Assembly (NCBI RefSeq): GCF_006345805.1
Contig: NC_043003.1
Coordinates: forward strand, 68,324,001-68,388,000
DNA from: Octopus sinensis
Lineage: Eukaryota
Length of the DNA: 64,000 bases
Direction of reading: 5' to 3'
A program made the translations under genes and the position numbers. This document shows positions 26,792 through 40,612 of the stretch, piece after piece (position 1 is the first letter of the stretch; every line of letters begins with the position of its first letter). A model generated the notes under the pieces. The model was not told where the DNA came from. It worked only from the letters and a program-made list of their open reading frames with translations, and did no database searches.

Positions 26792-26951
26792 CGGGCTTTT
26801 TGATTTTTGATTTTTGATTTTGATTTTGACTCTTGAGCGCTACGACGGATTTATAGCAAAGTCTTATGTTTCTACATATATATTAGGAAATATATATATA
26901 TATATATATAGATGAGAAAGATGGTTTGTGAAAGAACGTGGTTGAATATAT

Positions 26952-27187
26952 AGAAAATAGTAAAAAGTGAAAACACTACAGAAGGCTTGTTTTAAAAGGT
27001 TAAAAAATATATATTTGAGTCAATATGTCTGAAGAATGTTATAAAATTTTTTTCTTACAATGACATAGTTTAGAAGAAATGTCATTGTAAGAAAAAAAAA
27101 TTGTAACATTCTTCAGACATATTGACTCAAATATATATTTTTTAACCTTTTAAAACAAGCCTTCTGTAGTTTTTTCACTTTTTACTA

Positions 27188-27193
<6 letters not shown>
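26952..27193. repeat. Near-perfect 240-bp palindrome (fold-back)
   Basis: About 115-bp arms around a 12-bp spacer (AGTTTAGAAGAA), with few mismatches; between (TA)n and (CT)n tracts. Confidence 0.95.
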
Positions 27194-27254
<61 letters not shown>

Positions 27255-29442
27255 CATTCACATGGTCGTGCGCATGCACAGATACACATGGATGTATGCA
27301 CACATGCACGTGTAAACATATGTATATACGTACAAATATTAATACAAACCTTCTCCGCAGGGCCGCTTCCACATAATGTTTTTGAGAAAATGTTGATATT
27401 CACACTGGAACAATTATTTGCATTTTTATTCTGAACGTGTCTCGCGACAGTATCAGACGTAAAATATGCTAACTACTGTCGAGTATGTCACAGGAGAATA
27501 ACTTCTCACTTTTACAACAGTGTGTTGGACACATTGCAGTCTTCTTATGAGGGGTTTCAGTCGAAAATGTGAGATAACTCTATAAATAAATGTTCAATCA
27601 ATATTGACTCTTTATCTCCTTTATAAAACCTACATTGAATACTACCTGAAGAAGATAATATTCATAAGCGATTTTTTTCCAGGGTAAACTGCAGTGAAAT
27701 TGCATGTAGAAGTTGAAATTTGTCACAAACGTATTTCAACTGAAATAAAGTTTGTGTATTTTCAAACACTGCTTTGCGTTAATGTATATGTATTTGATCA
27801 AAGTGTGCAGTCTACTAGTGAATACCAATAACTGATACATGCTTATTTATATTAAACTAATGCTTTCTCTCAGCTCATCGTTGCCTCTCGTTAGTATCTA
27901 CCGCTAAAGTCGGCAAAAGAGCCAGAAATTCACATTTAGCGGTCCACAGAAGGCGCTTTGAGCTGGTACTATTAAGTGAGACATGACTTGGGTCAATGTT
28001 TGGTCAAAACTTATCTGAGTTATCTAAGTTTATACTTTTTCTACCTCAAGCGAAAGTATTTTTCTTCACAGTAAACCGCAGTGAAATTGCCTTTAAAAGT
28101 TTAAATATGTCCCACATATATTTATCTAAAGTTTGATTCTTTCCCATCAATATCTCGGGCTACTATTTCTTTGCATCAGAGTCAAATATGGGAGGTAACG
28201 AAGAATTTCCACAAGTCACACTATCGAAACATTCGATAAATGTGAAATGAGCTGATTTGAGATTTTAACTGGATAAACACGCTGTTATAAAACAAATGAC
28301 CGTACATTTTCAATACTAGTTTATATTTATGGCAAAAGTATCAATTATTAAACCGAAAGACCCTTACGTTTTCTTGATTTTCTCATCATTTTCTGCGGGT
28401 ATCATAAGTTTTTCACTTATTGCCATTCAATTAGCTTATGCGATGCTAACAATCAATCATCCATAGCAATAAACGTCACAAAGCATACACGGTGCGTAAT
28501 TTGTTTTAAAACTGCTGAAGTGCCCCACAGCAGTTGAATTCCTTCCTGAACTCTATCTTTCTCCCAATTAATCTTTTTATTTAACACAGTATTTTCTATA
28601 AAGAAAAAAAGTGTTAAAATGCCAAGTTTATTTCTCGACATTTTACGACTACTTTCTTTTGAGTGCCACCTACGCTGTTGCTTTTACGTCAGTCTCCTGA
28701 TTACCATCAACCGTTGGAAAATTTTCTCTCATGTGCATAATAAAACCAGCAATTTCAGTAGCTTTTAAATGTATTGAGTATTCAAGTTGCGAATTTTTTC
28801 CTTGATCTAACAGATGTAATATTACAGTGCAATTTAACGAAGCTCTTCAAAAGGAATATAATGTTAATAACCCACTTTGCTGCGTGCACAGGTTTGGAAG
28901 CAAGTGTTCGTTTATCTTTTACGCATGTTTATACAGTTCAGTTAACCAGAGAGCAAATAGCGCTCTGGCCATCCAAGCGTTTTTATATGCATCACAGTTA
29001 ACTGGAAATTGCTTTACATTTTTGAAGCAAAACGGATTTTTTTGATCGTCTAATGACAGAGGGTCGTTTGCTGAAGTCACTTTTACTTGTATGTGTGTGG
29101 TGAGGTAAATATTTTGTAAAAAAAAAAAAAAAACATTATTAAAAAAAAAGCAGTCTCATCTGCATCAAAGTGGTCCCTTATTTCTCCTTCTTTTCGCTGA
29201 GCATATCTGAACTGGAACGTCATATGTTTCATCATAGATTATCTGGGTTGTTAGTCGCATCGATCATAAAATAAATTCAGACATCAACACTGGCCTAATC
29301 ATCAGCTTAACTCCCCAAGCTTTACACTAGCTTAATCTTTCTCCTGTACATACACTCTTTCTCCGTTACATACACTCAAGAGCTGTGTGCGTGGGTTGGT
29401 TACATTGAAACTTTAAATTAAGTAATAATGTGAATATCAATA

Positions 29443-29490
<48 letters not shown>

Positions 29491-29596
29491 TATGCATATA
29501 TAATGAACAGGTATAAGAGAGTTGAAGTCATAGAAATGCTCATTATTCCATTAGTTTAGAGCTGTATCATAATCATATTATATATATAATAGACAT

Positions 29597-29980
29597 AGGG
29601 CGGCGAGCTGTTAGAAACTTTAGCACGCCGGGGGAAATGCCTAGCAGTATTTCGTGTCACTTTACGTTCTGGGTTCAAATTCCGCCGGGCTCGACTTTTC
29701 CCTTTAATCCTTTCGGGGTCGATTAAATAAGTACCAGGTATGCACTGGGGTCGATATAATCGAATTAATCCGTTTGTCTGTCCTTGTTTGTCTTCTCTGT
29801 GTTTAGCCCCTTGTGGGTAGTAAACAAATAGGTATTTCGTTTGTCTTTATATTCTCAGTTCAAATTCTGCCGAGGTCGAATTTGCCTTTAGAGTGTCAAT
29901 AAATTAAGTACCAGCTGCATACTGGAGTCGATCTAATCTACTGCCCCCTCCCCCAAAACTTCGGCCCTCGTGCTTAGAAA
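29597..29980 (+). mobile_element. SINE family B
   Basis: GGCGGCGAGCTG, GGTTCAAATTCC, duplicated core, CCCCCTCCCCCAAAA tail. Confidence 0.92.
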
Positions 29981-31294
29981 ATGTGTATATAATAGACATT
30001 ATATCACCATCCACATGTATATAAAATACGCATATAAATGTATAAGCAGCCCATATGTGCGTGTGTGTCTGTGTGTATGTGTGTGTCTGTGTGTATGTGC
30101 ATGTGTGTGTGTGTTGTGTGCTGAATTTAACTAACAGGCTCATCTTCAGCAGGCTTCATGATGGTTCGAAAAATCAACTCTCCTACAGATAACAAGCAGT
30201 CTCAATAGATATTGCAGGTAATAGAAGTATTCGGTAGTTTACCATACGTATAAGCCATGGCCGTAGTCCGTAATTACAAACAAAACAAGAAAACAGAGAA
30301 AGAAGCGGCAGACGAATACAATGAAATCGAAAATTTAAAAATAAATTGCCAAAATACATCAGAAAAGGAAATGTAAAATAAGAGAAATAGATTTATCAAA
30401 GAACTGCCTTTTGAAAAAAAAGATACGCCCACTAAAATAGATTTCATTTCGAAAGAATGTTCGAATTTCCCATATATTTTAAATGAATAATACATTTTAA
30501 GAAAGGAAACAAGATGGATAGAACAAATAAATAAAACAAATAAATAAATAGAATGGAAAGTATGATTAAAACGAGAAGAAAATAAGCTTTCCAAATTAAA
30601 TAGGAGGGCATAAACTGTTGGAATTATATGCATCCTCTGTTTTGAAGGTTAGAATTCCTATTTCAACTCCATTGGCACGTTACAAACATACGCTCATTAG
30701 TTGGGTGTACTCTGATGCCGTGTCAATTATATGAATATTCACAATATGAATATTTGCAAGCAGAATGACAGGCAAATATATATTGATACAAATACACGCG
30801 CCCACACAAGCATTAATTCTAGCAGAAAATACTAATGTCAAAGCAGGAATTTGATAGCAGAACAATAATTAGTTTAATTGACCAAACATATTATAATATA
30901 ATTTACGTGTGTCGATACATAGATGTCCGTACCCACGTATAATATGGACGACATTCAGCCAAATACTTTCATACAATGAGTCATATTTTATCAAACTATG
31001 ACGCTGACAGTCGTGGGAGCAATTTGTTTTTGTTTTACTATTTTTATGTGGAATGTAAATAGAAACAATAAGCGAAAGGTGAAGAAATATATCAAGTTAG
31101 ATAAATAATAAAATTAATAAAGTTAAGTAAAATTCCGGGAAATATAGAACTACAAGTCATTCGAAGGGGGCTACATTTTAGAGTTAAGTATTAGTAATAG
31201 TAATATATATATATAAAATAAGTAATATATAAATATATGCATATATACATATATGTACATACCTGCATAAATATGTATATATGCATGCATATAT

Positions 31295-31613
31295 GGGTAC
31301 AGGACATCAAAAGAACGTAGACAAAATGAGAATCGAGAATATAAAAATAAACAAGAACATAGAAAACAATCATTTTTCGAACAACGAAAGAAACAAGCAG
31401 ACAAATAAATGAGACAGGCAACATAAAGAACATTCCCTTCATCAGTTGTCCCCTGTTTTACGTACCCCGTATATCGAAGGCAGGATCAAGAAGCAACTTC
31501 CTTAAAATCCTTCCCGCAAAGCAAATGAAATAAAATTTTGGATATTTTGCGGAGGGTGAAAACACACACATACGCACATGCACGCACACAAACACACACA
31601 CACAGGCACGCAC

Positions 31614-31667
<54 letters not shown>

Positions 31668-31980
31668 CTGTGCATCGTTAACTAGCGAGAGGAGATGTTC
31701 TATTGGTGTTCAAATATCGCAGTAAAGTCAGTTCGAACGGATAACCATGTCACAGAACGGATAGCCACGTCACAGAAAGTAAACAACCCGAAATACGAAA
31801 ACGTGGAATGCGAACCTTTTTGGCGAACAACGAAAAAAATATACGGAAAACAACGACCCTTCATCAGTCGTCAGCTGTTTTTCTACACCGTATTTCGAGC
31901 AATTAACGACAAGATACCATTTCGACAAAACAGTTGCTCCCGCAAAGTAAGTAACATAAATTTGGGGTTTTGCGGAGATC
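31295..31980 (-). mobile_element. Two diverged copies of a PLE-like non-coding repeat (31295-31560, 31800-31980)
   Basis: Both share CGAACAACGAAA, CCCTTCATCAGT.GTC..CTGTTTT and CCCGCAAAG...TTTTGCGGAG; a further fragment in the opposite orientation at 32465-32490. Confidence 0.6.
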
Positions 31981-32512
31981 AAAGTCGGTCGCAAAAACAG
32001 GGCAGTGAAAACAAAAAGAAAGAGCTACTGAGCCTAAACGAGGTGAGGTGGCGAACGCTGGAGGAACGAGCTTTGGCAGGACAAGAACGCGTCTCATCCC
32101 TGCAGCTGACCAGAAAGAAAAAAGAAACTGAAGTTAAGAAAATAAAGAAGGCAGATGGTCACGAGCGAGCAAAGAAAGAGCAAAGGAGGATGAGTGACGG
32201 TGGGAGAGGTACAGACAGAGAAGGGCGAAGGGAGGAGGAAAAGAATTATGGAAAGGATGAGAGAGAAAACCGAAAAGAGGGGAAGGGGAGATAAAAAGAA
32301 TTGGAGAGAGGAAGAGAGAAGAAACGAAAGCGGAAAGTGAAAGGGAAAGAAAAAATAGAGAGGTAAAAATAGAACAATAAGAGTGACATCGAAATTATTA
32401 TGATGATCGCCACGCATCCATTTCCAAGTAAGTTTTATCTTTACGTTGCGTGTCTTGTTTTCCATTTGTTTCTTTCGTTGTTCGAAAAAAAAGTCATACA
32501 TATATGTATATG

Positions 32513-32581
<69 letters not shown>

Positions 32582-32609
32582 ATACTAATTATATTATATT
32601 ACATATATA

Positions 32610-32708
<99 letters not shown>

Positions 32709-33118
32709 ATCCTAATAGAATAAGGTTCATGTCGGGGAACTCCAAGATCAGAAATGCCGTTTACCAATGCAAGGTTTACACGGACTCAGATGTCTACTCA
32801 TATGTCGGGGCCTCATCGTCAAAATTGGCCGTACGAATCTCCAACCATTACGCAACTTTTCGCGACGTGAATAAATACCAAGCCACGGGACTTAGCAAGC
32901 TAATATGGCGATTGAAGAATACGAACTCAAGCTACAGGCTGGAATGGTCAATTTTGTCGGTGGCCCTCCCATTTGATAGGGGCAGAAGGAAGTGCAACCT
33001 TTGTGTCTCTGAGCTTTTCCATATATTGTTCGCCAGAGACCGGATGGTAAACGGACTTTTACAGTCGGCTTTTCGATGCCCCCATTGGCGGCGTTATACT
33101 TATCTTGCTTATAAATGA
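32709..33118 (+). mobile_element. 5'-truncated Penelope-like element (Neptune-type): GIY-YIG endonuclease C-terminus
   Basis: Open frame NAVYQC...YVG...RISNH..TFR....[12 protein letters not shown]...WSIL...KCNLCVSE...N...CPH; begins directly after a (TA)n tract. Confidence 0.9.
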
Positions 33119-33293
33119 CGCTTATAAATGATACCTGCACCCGGTTACCCTACTTATATGAAAATAGCCCTTGGAAATAATTTTTTGAAAAAGCTTTTTA
33201 AGAGAGATAAGATTAACCCTTGCAAGGAGAATTACTCCCATTAGGCGAATGGTGTTTTGTTTTGACGACGTGAGGTTTTTTTTGACAAAGCAT

Positions 33294-33491
33294 GATTAGA
33301 CGAACACACGAACACGTAAAATATTTTCTGCCGCCTGATGGATTTTTCAGCAGTGACCATTGTGTAGCGCTTTTTACCAACTTACGGCCGCGCGATTAAA
33401 CGAACACACGAACACATAAAATATTTTCTGCCGCCTGACGGATTTTTCAGCAGTGACCATTGTGTAGCGCTTTTTACCAACTTACGGCCGC
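33294..33491. repeat. 100-bp tandem duplication downstream of the PLE ORF
   Basis: ATATTTTCTGCCGCC at 33321 and 33421. Confidence 0.95.
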
Positions 33492-33726
33492 ACACATATA
33501 AAACAGTTCACACACACATGTTTCTAAGTAGATTTTGTCTCGCCCCATATAATACACCTAATATTCTTAAAATAGTCAGAACCTTAGTCTCGGTCACAAA
33601 GAACATCTACGCACCCCGTGTTCTCACCCACCGGATTGACCGCTGCCCGACCTGTAAATATCTTCAACGCACCCACCACCCGATTTCAACATACATTGAT
33701 AAACAGTTTGGCCATGGGCTCTTAGG

Positions 33727-33930
33727 AGCCTCCTCGTTCGATTTGTTTTGCTGCGCCTCTGTTCTGTTTTTTTTTGCCAACGGAATTCCTATTTCTTCCT
33801 GAAGAGAAAGACACAATATGATCTCCTTATTCAATCGGAATTTGGTAAATTGTGGCTTTCGAAACACGTGTAGAATGCAATAAAAGGATTTCTGTTCAAT
33901 CTTCGTTCAACTCCATTTCTTCAATTCACT

Positions 33931-33968
<38 letters not shown>

Positions 33969-34613
33969 ACATAAATGTATGTGTATGTATATATTGGGGA
34001 TGGCCATTTTATTTATTTTATTTGCCAAATCAACACATGCACTATATTATTTTTCTATTCACTCGTTTATTACTGTTATTTTTGTTTGTTATTATTTTGA
34101 CGCCTTTCAATTGTCGGAAATCTTTCGTCACACATCTGAGACCTCTTCAGTGAAACTTTTCAGTGTTCTTCCTCTACCACTCACTCCATTCTTCAGTTTT
34201 TTATGTGTTAGTACTGGCCACTGCCGGTCTTTTGTTACCTAATATACTTAACGACTTACATAAGTACTCGCCTCTGAGGCACACGGACACCTATTATGTA
34301 TAAGCATGGAATTGCATAATTATGCATACATACAAACATATATATATATATACTCACACACAAACACACACACATATATATATATATGCATACACACATA
34401 CATACATACATACATACATACATACATACATACATACATACATAGGCGCAGGAGTTGTGTCGTAAGTAGCTTGCTTGCTAAACATATGGTTCCGGGTTTA
34501 TTCCTACTGCGTGGCAACTTGGGCAAGTGTCTATTACTATAGCCTCGGGGCGACCAAAGGCTTCTGAGTGGATTTGGTATACGGAAACTGAAAGAAACCC
34601 ATCACGTATATGC

Positions 34614-34651
<38 letters not shown>

Positions 34652-35003
34652 GTGTAGATATGCTTGTGTCTCTGTGTTTGTCCCCCCAACGTCGCTTGAC
34701 AACCGATGGTGGTGTGTTTACGTCCCCGTAACTTAGCGGTTCGGCAAAAGACACCGATAGAATAAGCACAAGGCTTCCAGAGAATAAGTCCTAGGGTCGA
34801 TTTGCTCGACTAAAGGAGGTACTCCAGCATGGCCGCAGTCAAATTACTGTAACAAGTGAAAGAGATAGACAGAGAATGTTTATATAAATACATACATACA
34901 TATATATATGCATACAAACACACACACACGCACACACACGCACGCTCACACACACACACACACACACCACACACATATATATATATATATAATATATATA
35001 TAT

Positions 35004-35037
<34 letters not shown>

Positions 35038-36054
35038 CACGAGTAAGCACATAAATGTGGTACAGCCTCCTCGTTCGATTTGTTTTGCTGCGCCTCTGTT
35101 CTGTTTTTGTTTTGCCAACGGAATTCCTATTTCTTCCTGAAGAGAGAGACACAATATGATCTCCTTATTCAATCGGAATTTGGTAAATTGTGGCTTTCGA
35201 AACACGTGTAGAATGCAATAAAAGGATTTCTGTTCAATCTTCGTTCAACTCCATTTCTTCAATTCACTAATAATATATATATATATATAATATATATATA
35301 TATATATGTATACATAAATGTATGTGTATGTATATATTGGGGATATATATATATATATGTATACATAAATGTATGTGTATGTATATATTGGGGATGGCCA
35401 TTTTATTTATTTTATTTGCCAAATCAACACATGCACTATATTATTTTTCTATTCACTCGTTTATTACTGTTATTTTTGTTTGTTATTATTTTGACGCCTT
35501 TCAATTGTCGGAAATCTTTCGTCACACATCTGAGACCTCTTCAGTGAAACTTTTCAGTGTTCTTCCTCTACCACTCACTCCATTCTTCAGTTTTTTATGT
35601 GTATGTATATATTGGGGATGGCCATTTTATTTATTTTATTTGCCAAATCAACACATGCACTATATTATTTTTCTATTCACTCGTTTATTACTGTTATTTT
35701 TGTTTGTTATTATTTTGACGCCTTTCAATTGTCGGAAATCTTTCGTCACACATCTGAGACCTCTTCAGTGAAACTTTTCAGTGTTCTTCCTCTACCACTC
35801 ACTCCATTCTTCAGTTTTTTATGTGTTAGTACTGGCCACTGCCGGTCTTTTGTTACCTAATATACTTAACGACTTACATAAGTACTCGCCTCTGAGGCAC
35901 ACGGACACCTATTATGTATAAGCATGGAATTGCATAATTATGCATACATACAAACATATATATATATATACTCACACACAAACACACACACACATATATA
36001 TATATGCATACACACATACATACATACATACATACATACATACATACATACATA
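33727..36054. repeat. Local duplication: 33727-34443 copied to 35064-36054 with internal re-duplications
   Basis: Near-identical sequence; repeated ORFs 33979/35597 and 33664/34810. Confidence 0.95.
34443..34868 (+). mobile_element. SINE family A, full length
   Basis: All family A motifs present. Confidence 0.93.
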
Positions 36055-36340
36055 CCAGAGGTAGAGTAATATTCTTTATTATTGAAGCTGCAAAAACATG
36101 AAAAGAATATCACAAGAGCTGCTACTCAGGATTTCAGGGCCCCATTCATCGGGCTGTTGTGATCCAGAATGGAACGAAATAAGGTTGTATGTATAATATA
36201 TTGATATTAAAATATAGATTTTATTTATAACCTTAATTTTTCATCCATTTTGGATCACAACTGCCCGATAGACGGGAACGTGAAACTCTCGGTGACTTTT
36301 CTTGTATTATTTTTGTGATGTTTTTGCAGCTTTAATAATA

Positions 36341-36343
<3 letters not shown>
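36052..36343. mobile_element. Palindromic PLE-related element with variant hammerhead motifs in both arms
   Basis: Arms at about 36074-36190 and 36225-36343; minus-strand CCGATGA..GAAAT-CCTGAGTA and plus-strand CCGATAG-ACGGGAACGT-GAAACTCT. Confidence 0.7.
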
Positions 36344-36383
<40 letters not shown>

Positions 36384-36424
36384 GGTGTGTGGGTGAGTGT
36401 GTGTGTGTGTGCGCGCATACTATA

Positions 36425-37066
36425 GTGTACTGAAGCGTTCCTACCGAAACCGTTCTTTAAATTTCTAAAGACTAACTTCACACCACAGCAAAAATGCTAC
36501 CCTGTCTTCAATAAACCATCTGTTAAAATCTCCTACTCTAACATTCCTAATTTGGGATTCATAGTCGCCTCATCTAACAGACTCAATCTCCTCTTCTAAC
36601 AGTCCTTGGAACCTGTAACTATTCACATTGCACTCCACATCAACCTATGTAGTGGCAATAATACAACCCTCAGCAGCCCACCTCGACTAAATAATAACAG
36701 ACTGAAGGCATCTTCGCACAATACTACCACTCATATGACAACATATACTAGCAGTGATACTCCCCCCACAATCCAATATTGATACCGATTTTACTTCCAG
36801 TTCTTGTCCACTAATATCAGACCATAGTAATTTGACCTCCCCTGCGGTAAACTGCAACCGCAGAGCATGTAGGAAAGCGTGCAATTGTTGGGTTTCTCAA
36901 CTCTGCCCCTTTGAAGTCTCTGTCTGCGTAAAAATGTGGTCTACAAGTGCCGTATTATAAAACCACGCTCCCACCGAGCAAGGGTTACATCGGCACGGTT
37001 AATTTCAAGTACCGCTACCATGCACACATGAGATTATTCTCCAATCTAAATTCTAAATTATCTACT
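36425..37066 (+). mobile_element. Decayed Neptune-type PLE fragment (linker plus GIY-YIG start)
   Basis: FFKFLKTNFTPQQKCYPVFNKPSVKISYSNIPNL, CNCWVSQLCPF and KGYIGTVNFKYRYHAH..FSN..STE, with frameshifts. Confidence 0.8.
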
Positions 37067-37304
37067 GAAACTTCAGCCATGTGGTTGGGAAGTAAGTTTC
37101 TTACCAGACAGCCACTTCTTATTCAGTGCATACACAAACTAATACATTTGTTATAACTTGTCGTTCCCGACTTTTTCCTTTTATTTGTTTGTTTGTGTGT
37201 TTTGCTCTTTGCCGAAGACGTATCTGCGTTTTGTGTTGTTTGAACGGTGAAATTCAGCACTTACTAGAGTTCCTAAACTGCAAAGACACTGCATAAAATA
37301 TTGA

Positions 37305-37515
37305 TTTCAAATTTTGACACAAGGCCAGCAATTTCAGGGTGTGAGTTAGTCGATAACCTAGACCTCAGTATTCAACTGGTATTTATTTTATCGACGCCGA
37401 AAGCATGAAAAGTAAATTCGAACCCGGTAACATTTGAACTCAGAAACGTAAGTCGGACAAAATGTAGCTAATCCTGTTCTCCAGCGCGGTAACAAATTTT
37501 CTAGCTCACCGTCCT
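37305..37515 (-). mobile_element. SINE family B monomer, decayed
   Basis: ACTGGTATTTATTTTATCGAC..GAAAG..TGAAA..TTTGAACTCAGAA. Confidence 0.75.
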
Positions 37516-39634
37516 CACATATAATACTGACCCATGAAATCATTTTCTCGATATCAATTTTGCTTTTATATTCGATTAATTACCTTACACGCGTTTCTTT
37601 TCATATAAATACCACGGATTTTTAATCAGTTTTTGCCCACAAAATATATTTAGAAATGCAAATATATTTTCGTACACACCTTCCTATTGTACATTTCCTG
37701 AGAGCAAAATGACGCCTAGAATCTTATTGTAACAAAGCAAACTTCTTAACACTATATACATACCTGCGCCTGGATCATATATTGTTGAGTATTCCAATCA
37801 TTTCCAGGAATTTTCATGAATTGTATTTTGAAGAATGTATAAAATATGAGGTAAAATACAAACAGATAATATATCCTTCTGGGAAAGTATATTTTATTAC
37901 TATTTATCAGCAAGTGATGTGGTGCCATTATTTACGATATTAGACTGCGAGCGAATAAGATTCGTTAAAAGAAATAAAATGGAATAATAACTTTGTGCCT
38001 GCCAACTCTTTTTCAAGTACTGAAAGTTTCGAAATATTGTTTAAGAAACAGAAACAAATATAATAAATCTTTTAAATTACGATTAATATTAAATCATGAA
38101 CAACTGTGTTCATAAACAACTGTATGAGTTACAGACAACACAACGGCGAGCGAAACACCTACGAGTATTTTACGTTATATAACTATATAATCTGTGTGAA
38201 TAAATTGATGAATAAAATATGTACCAGTAATAGACACCGTATAGTAATAAACATATGTTCTTTATAAAACCGATTGGTTCTACAAAAGAAAACCTCCTTG
38301 ATTTTTCATTATCATAGACGTACATCTAAAAAACACAAATGGGTTGATAAGGCTTTGTCTTCGATTACACGGACATGGTTTGATAAGCAGCTGGTGCCTT
38401 TTGGAGCCCCGACTTGGAACTGCAGGATTGCCTGCGGGAGGCATATAGCCTGATCGGGGAGATAAGATAAGAGGCCTTAGTGCCTCAATTTGAATTTGTA
38501 TTGTTTGTAGTTTTTTTTGTAAGAGCCTCCTTGTCTCAATTTCTAAGGAAGATTGCGTCCATTTTCTGAACTGAGGTACCAGGTTCAATACCTCATTTGC
38601 TTTGTTGTTAAAAAAAAGAGAACAATGTTTTCAAGAATGCAACAATCGGCAGGCGTTGCTTCTCCCACCAACCATTTCTTTCATTCCATCACTATTGTGT
38701 CTTTGTCCATCCTGCAGCTATTACCTCTATGTACGGTTTTTGTAGCCAATTAAATTAAATAAGGCAGTTTGTCATAAGGTGTTAAGTTTGTTTAGAATGT
38801 ACTAAACTTTCCCATAAACAATTACTCTGCAGAAATTCGTAGAAAATTTAATCCCTAACAAGCATCATTTTACATTAATAAACCCAGCCTGTACAAACCA
38901 TGTATGCATGTGTGTGTGCCCGCGCGCGCGCGCGTGTGTGTGTGTGTATGTGTGTGTGTGTGTGTGTAAACCCATTTTTCAATCTTTGTAGATCTGCTTC
39001 GGGACTGAATAGATGCTACACAGATAAAACTTGAGCGAATTCACAGATTTATTTCTGGACTGAAGTTCTACATTATTAAATTGTCTTATTACTGATTTAT
39101 ATACCACCACATTCATTACACAAACCATTGTTTTAATCGTACATTCTTTCATGTTCATGCATAAATTATATTAATATGTATGTTTTGCATATTTCGAACT
39201 TTGTATATGTTTATGATGATGAATCATATATATACATTTTCACGTATATAATAGATCATTCGATTACACTTTGTAACTTGAAACTTTGGCATCCAAATTT
39301 CATGGAGAAATTAATTGAATACTTATGTTTCATAGGTTTTTTTTCTGAGCGTTTCAAACTTATGTGTTAAATTAATTTACTGCGTTCACAGCTTGAAAGC
39401 ACTTTAATTTTGAAGAGCAATTGGAATTACGGAATGTTTGAAATCTGTATAATATTATATAATATTACTATATCATACAGAACACTAAGCAATATATTTC
39501 TGAATTTTAGAAATTATTTTAGAATATGGAAACATTATGGTCCCCTTCAATTGTCTCAGAAATCAATTTTAATATCCATACTTTACCACAGGAAATCTAC
39601 CTACTTATGCATATATTTATCTATTTATGTATCA

Positions 39635-39635
<1 letters not shown>

Positions 39636-39699
<64 letters not shown>

Positions 39700-39999
39700 A
39701 GTATATTTATATATGTATATGTATATATACACATATATATATATAAATATATATATATACAAATATACATATATATATATAATATATATATATATACAAA
39801 TAACATATATATATATACATATATAAATATACTTATATATATATATATATGTATCTATATATACATATATATATATATATTATATATATATATATATATA
39901 TACATACAGATACATATGTACATATATGTGTATATATATCACATATATATATATATATATGTATAAGCATATATATAGATAGGTAGATATATACATATG

Positions 40000-40037
<38 letters not shown>

Positions 40038-40170
40038 AGGGTGTGTGTTTATATATGTATACATATATATATATATATATATACATACAGATACATATGT
40101 ACATATATGTGTATATATATCACATATATATATACATCCTTATAGAGTTTCATACATACATACATACATG
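39636..40170. repeat. Long degenerate (TA)n tract
   Basis: Direct reading; comparable tracts at 32505-32708 and 58660-59045. Confidence 0.95.
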
Positions 40171-40506
40171 TATACTACGATTAAGTGTTAATGTGCAATT
40201 CTTATAATAAATAACTATCGATGTTGTTAAATGTTAAATGAAATTCAAACATATAGTGATAAATGTTTCAGCTTACTGCGACCATTCTTAAGTAGGAATG
40301 GCAATTCATAGCCAGGAGAATATAGTTATTAACGATAAGTTATGCAAGTGAAATCGAGAATATATATATATATATATATATATATTAACAATTAAGGAAC
40401 GGCCATAATAGGCCATTCACCCACTAGAAATAACAGCCAAAGCTTCTACCGCAAATAAAGATCAATTCCGTTAACAGGAGAAAATTAAAAAAACATTTAC
40501 CCTGTA

Positions 40507-40612
40507 ATTTCTTGTACGGTATACCGTTTCATCGCTGTTTAATGGTAAACTAACCTGATTAAATTAAATCAAGCCAATCTTCCATAAGCCCTCGAATTCT
40601 TCAGCAAGAAAT
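40507..40612 (-). ncRNA. Second complete copy of the same hammerhead
   Basis: Reverse complement of 41444-41550 with a 1-nt deletion in the stem II base. Confidence 0.85.

Noticed and set aside
27680-28135. Diverged repeat of about 70 bp (GTAAAC.GCAGTGAAATTGC) twice
   Set aside because: Old local duplication with no further structure.
31435-31900. Minus-strand CTGATGA motifs in the two PLE-like repeats
   Set aside because: I could not build consistent stems with a GAAA strand.
33330-33350. CTGATGG as a possible hammerhead core after the PLE ORF
   Set aside because: Core mismatch and no GAAA strand or stem I.
34104-34156. Minus-strand CTGAAGA..GTC/GAC..GAAA motif (also in the duplicated copies)
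   Set aside because: No proper stem III or NUH triplet; at best a decayed HHR.
38280-38588. 102-aa minus-strand ORF
   Set aside because: No recognisable domain or consistent splice structure.
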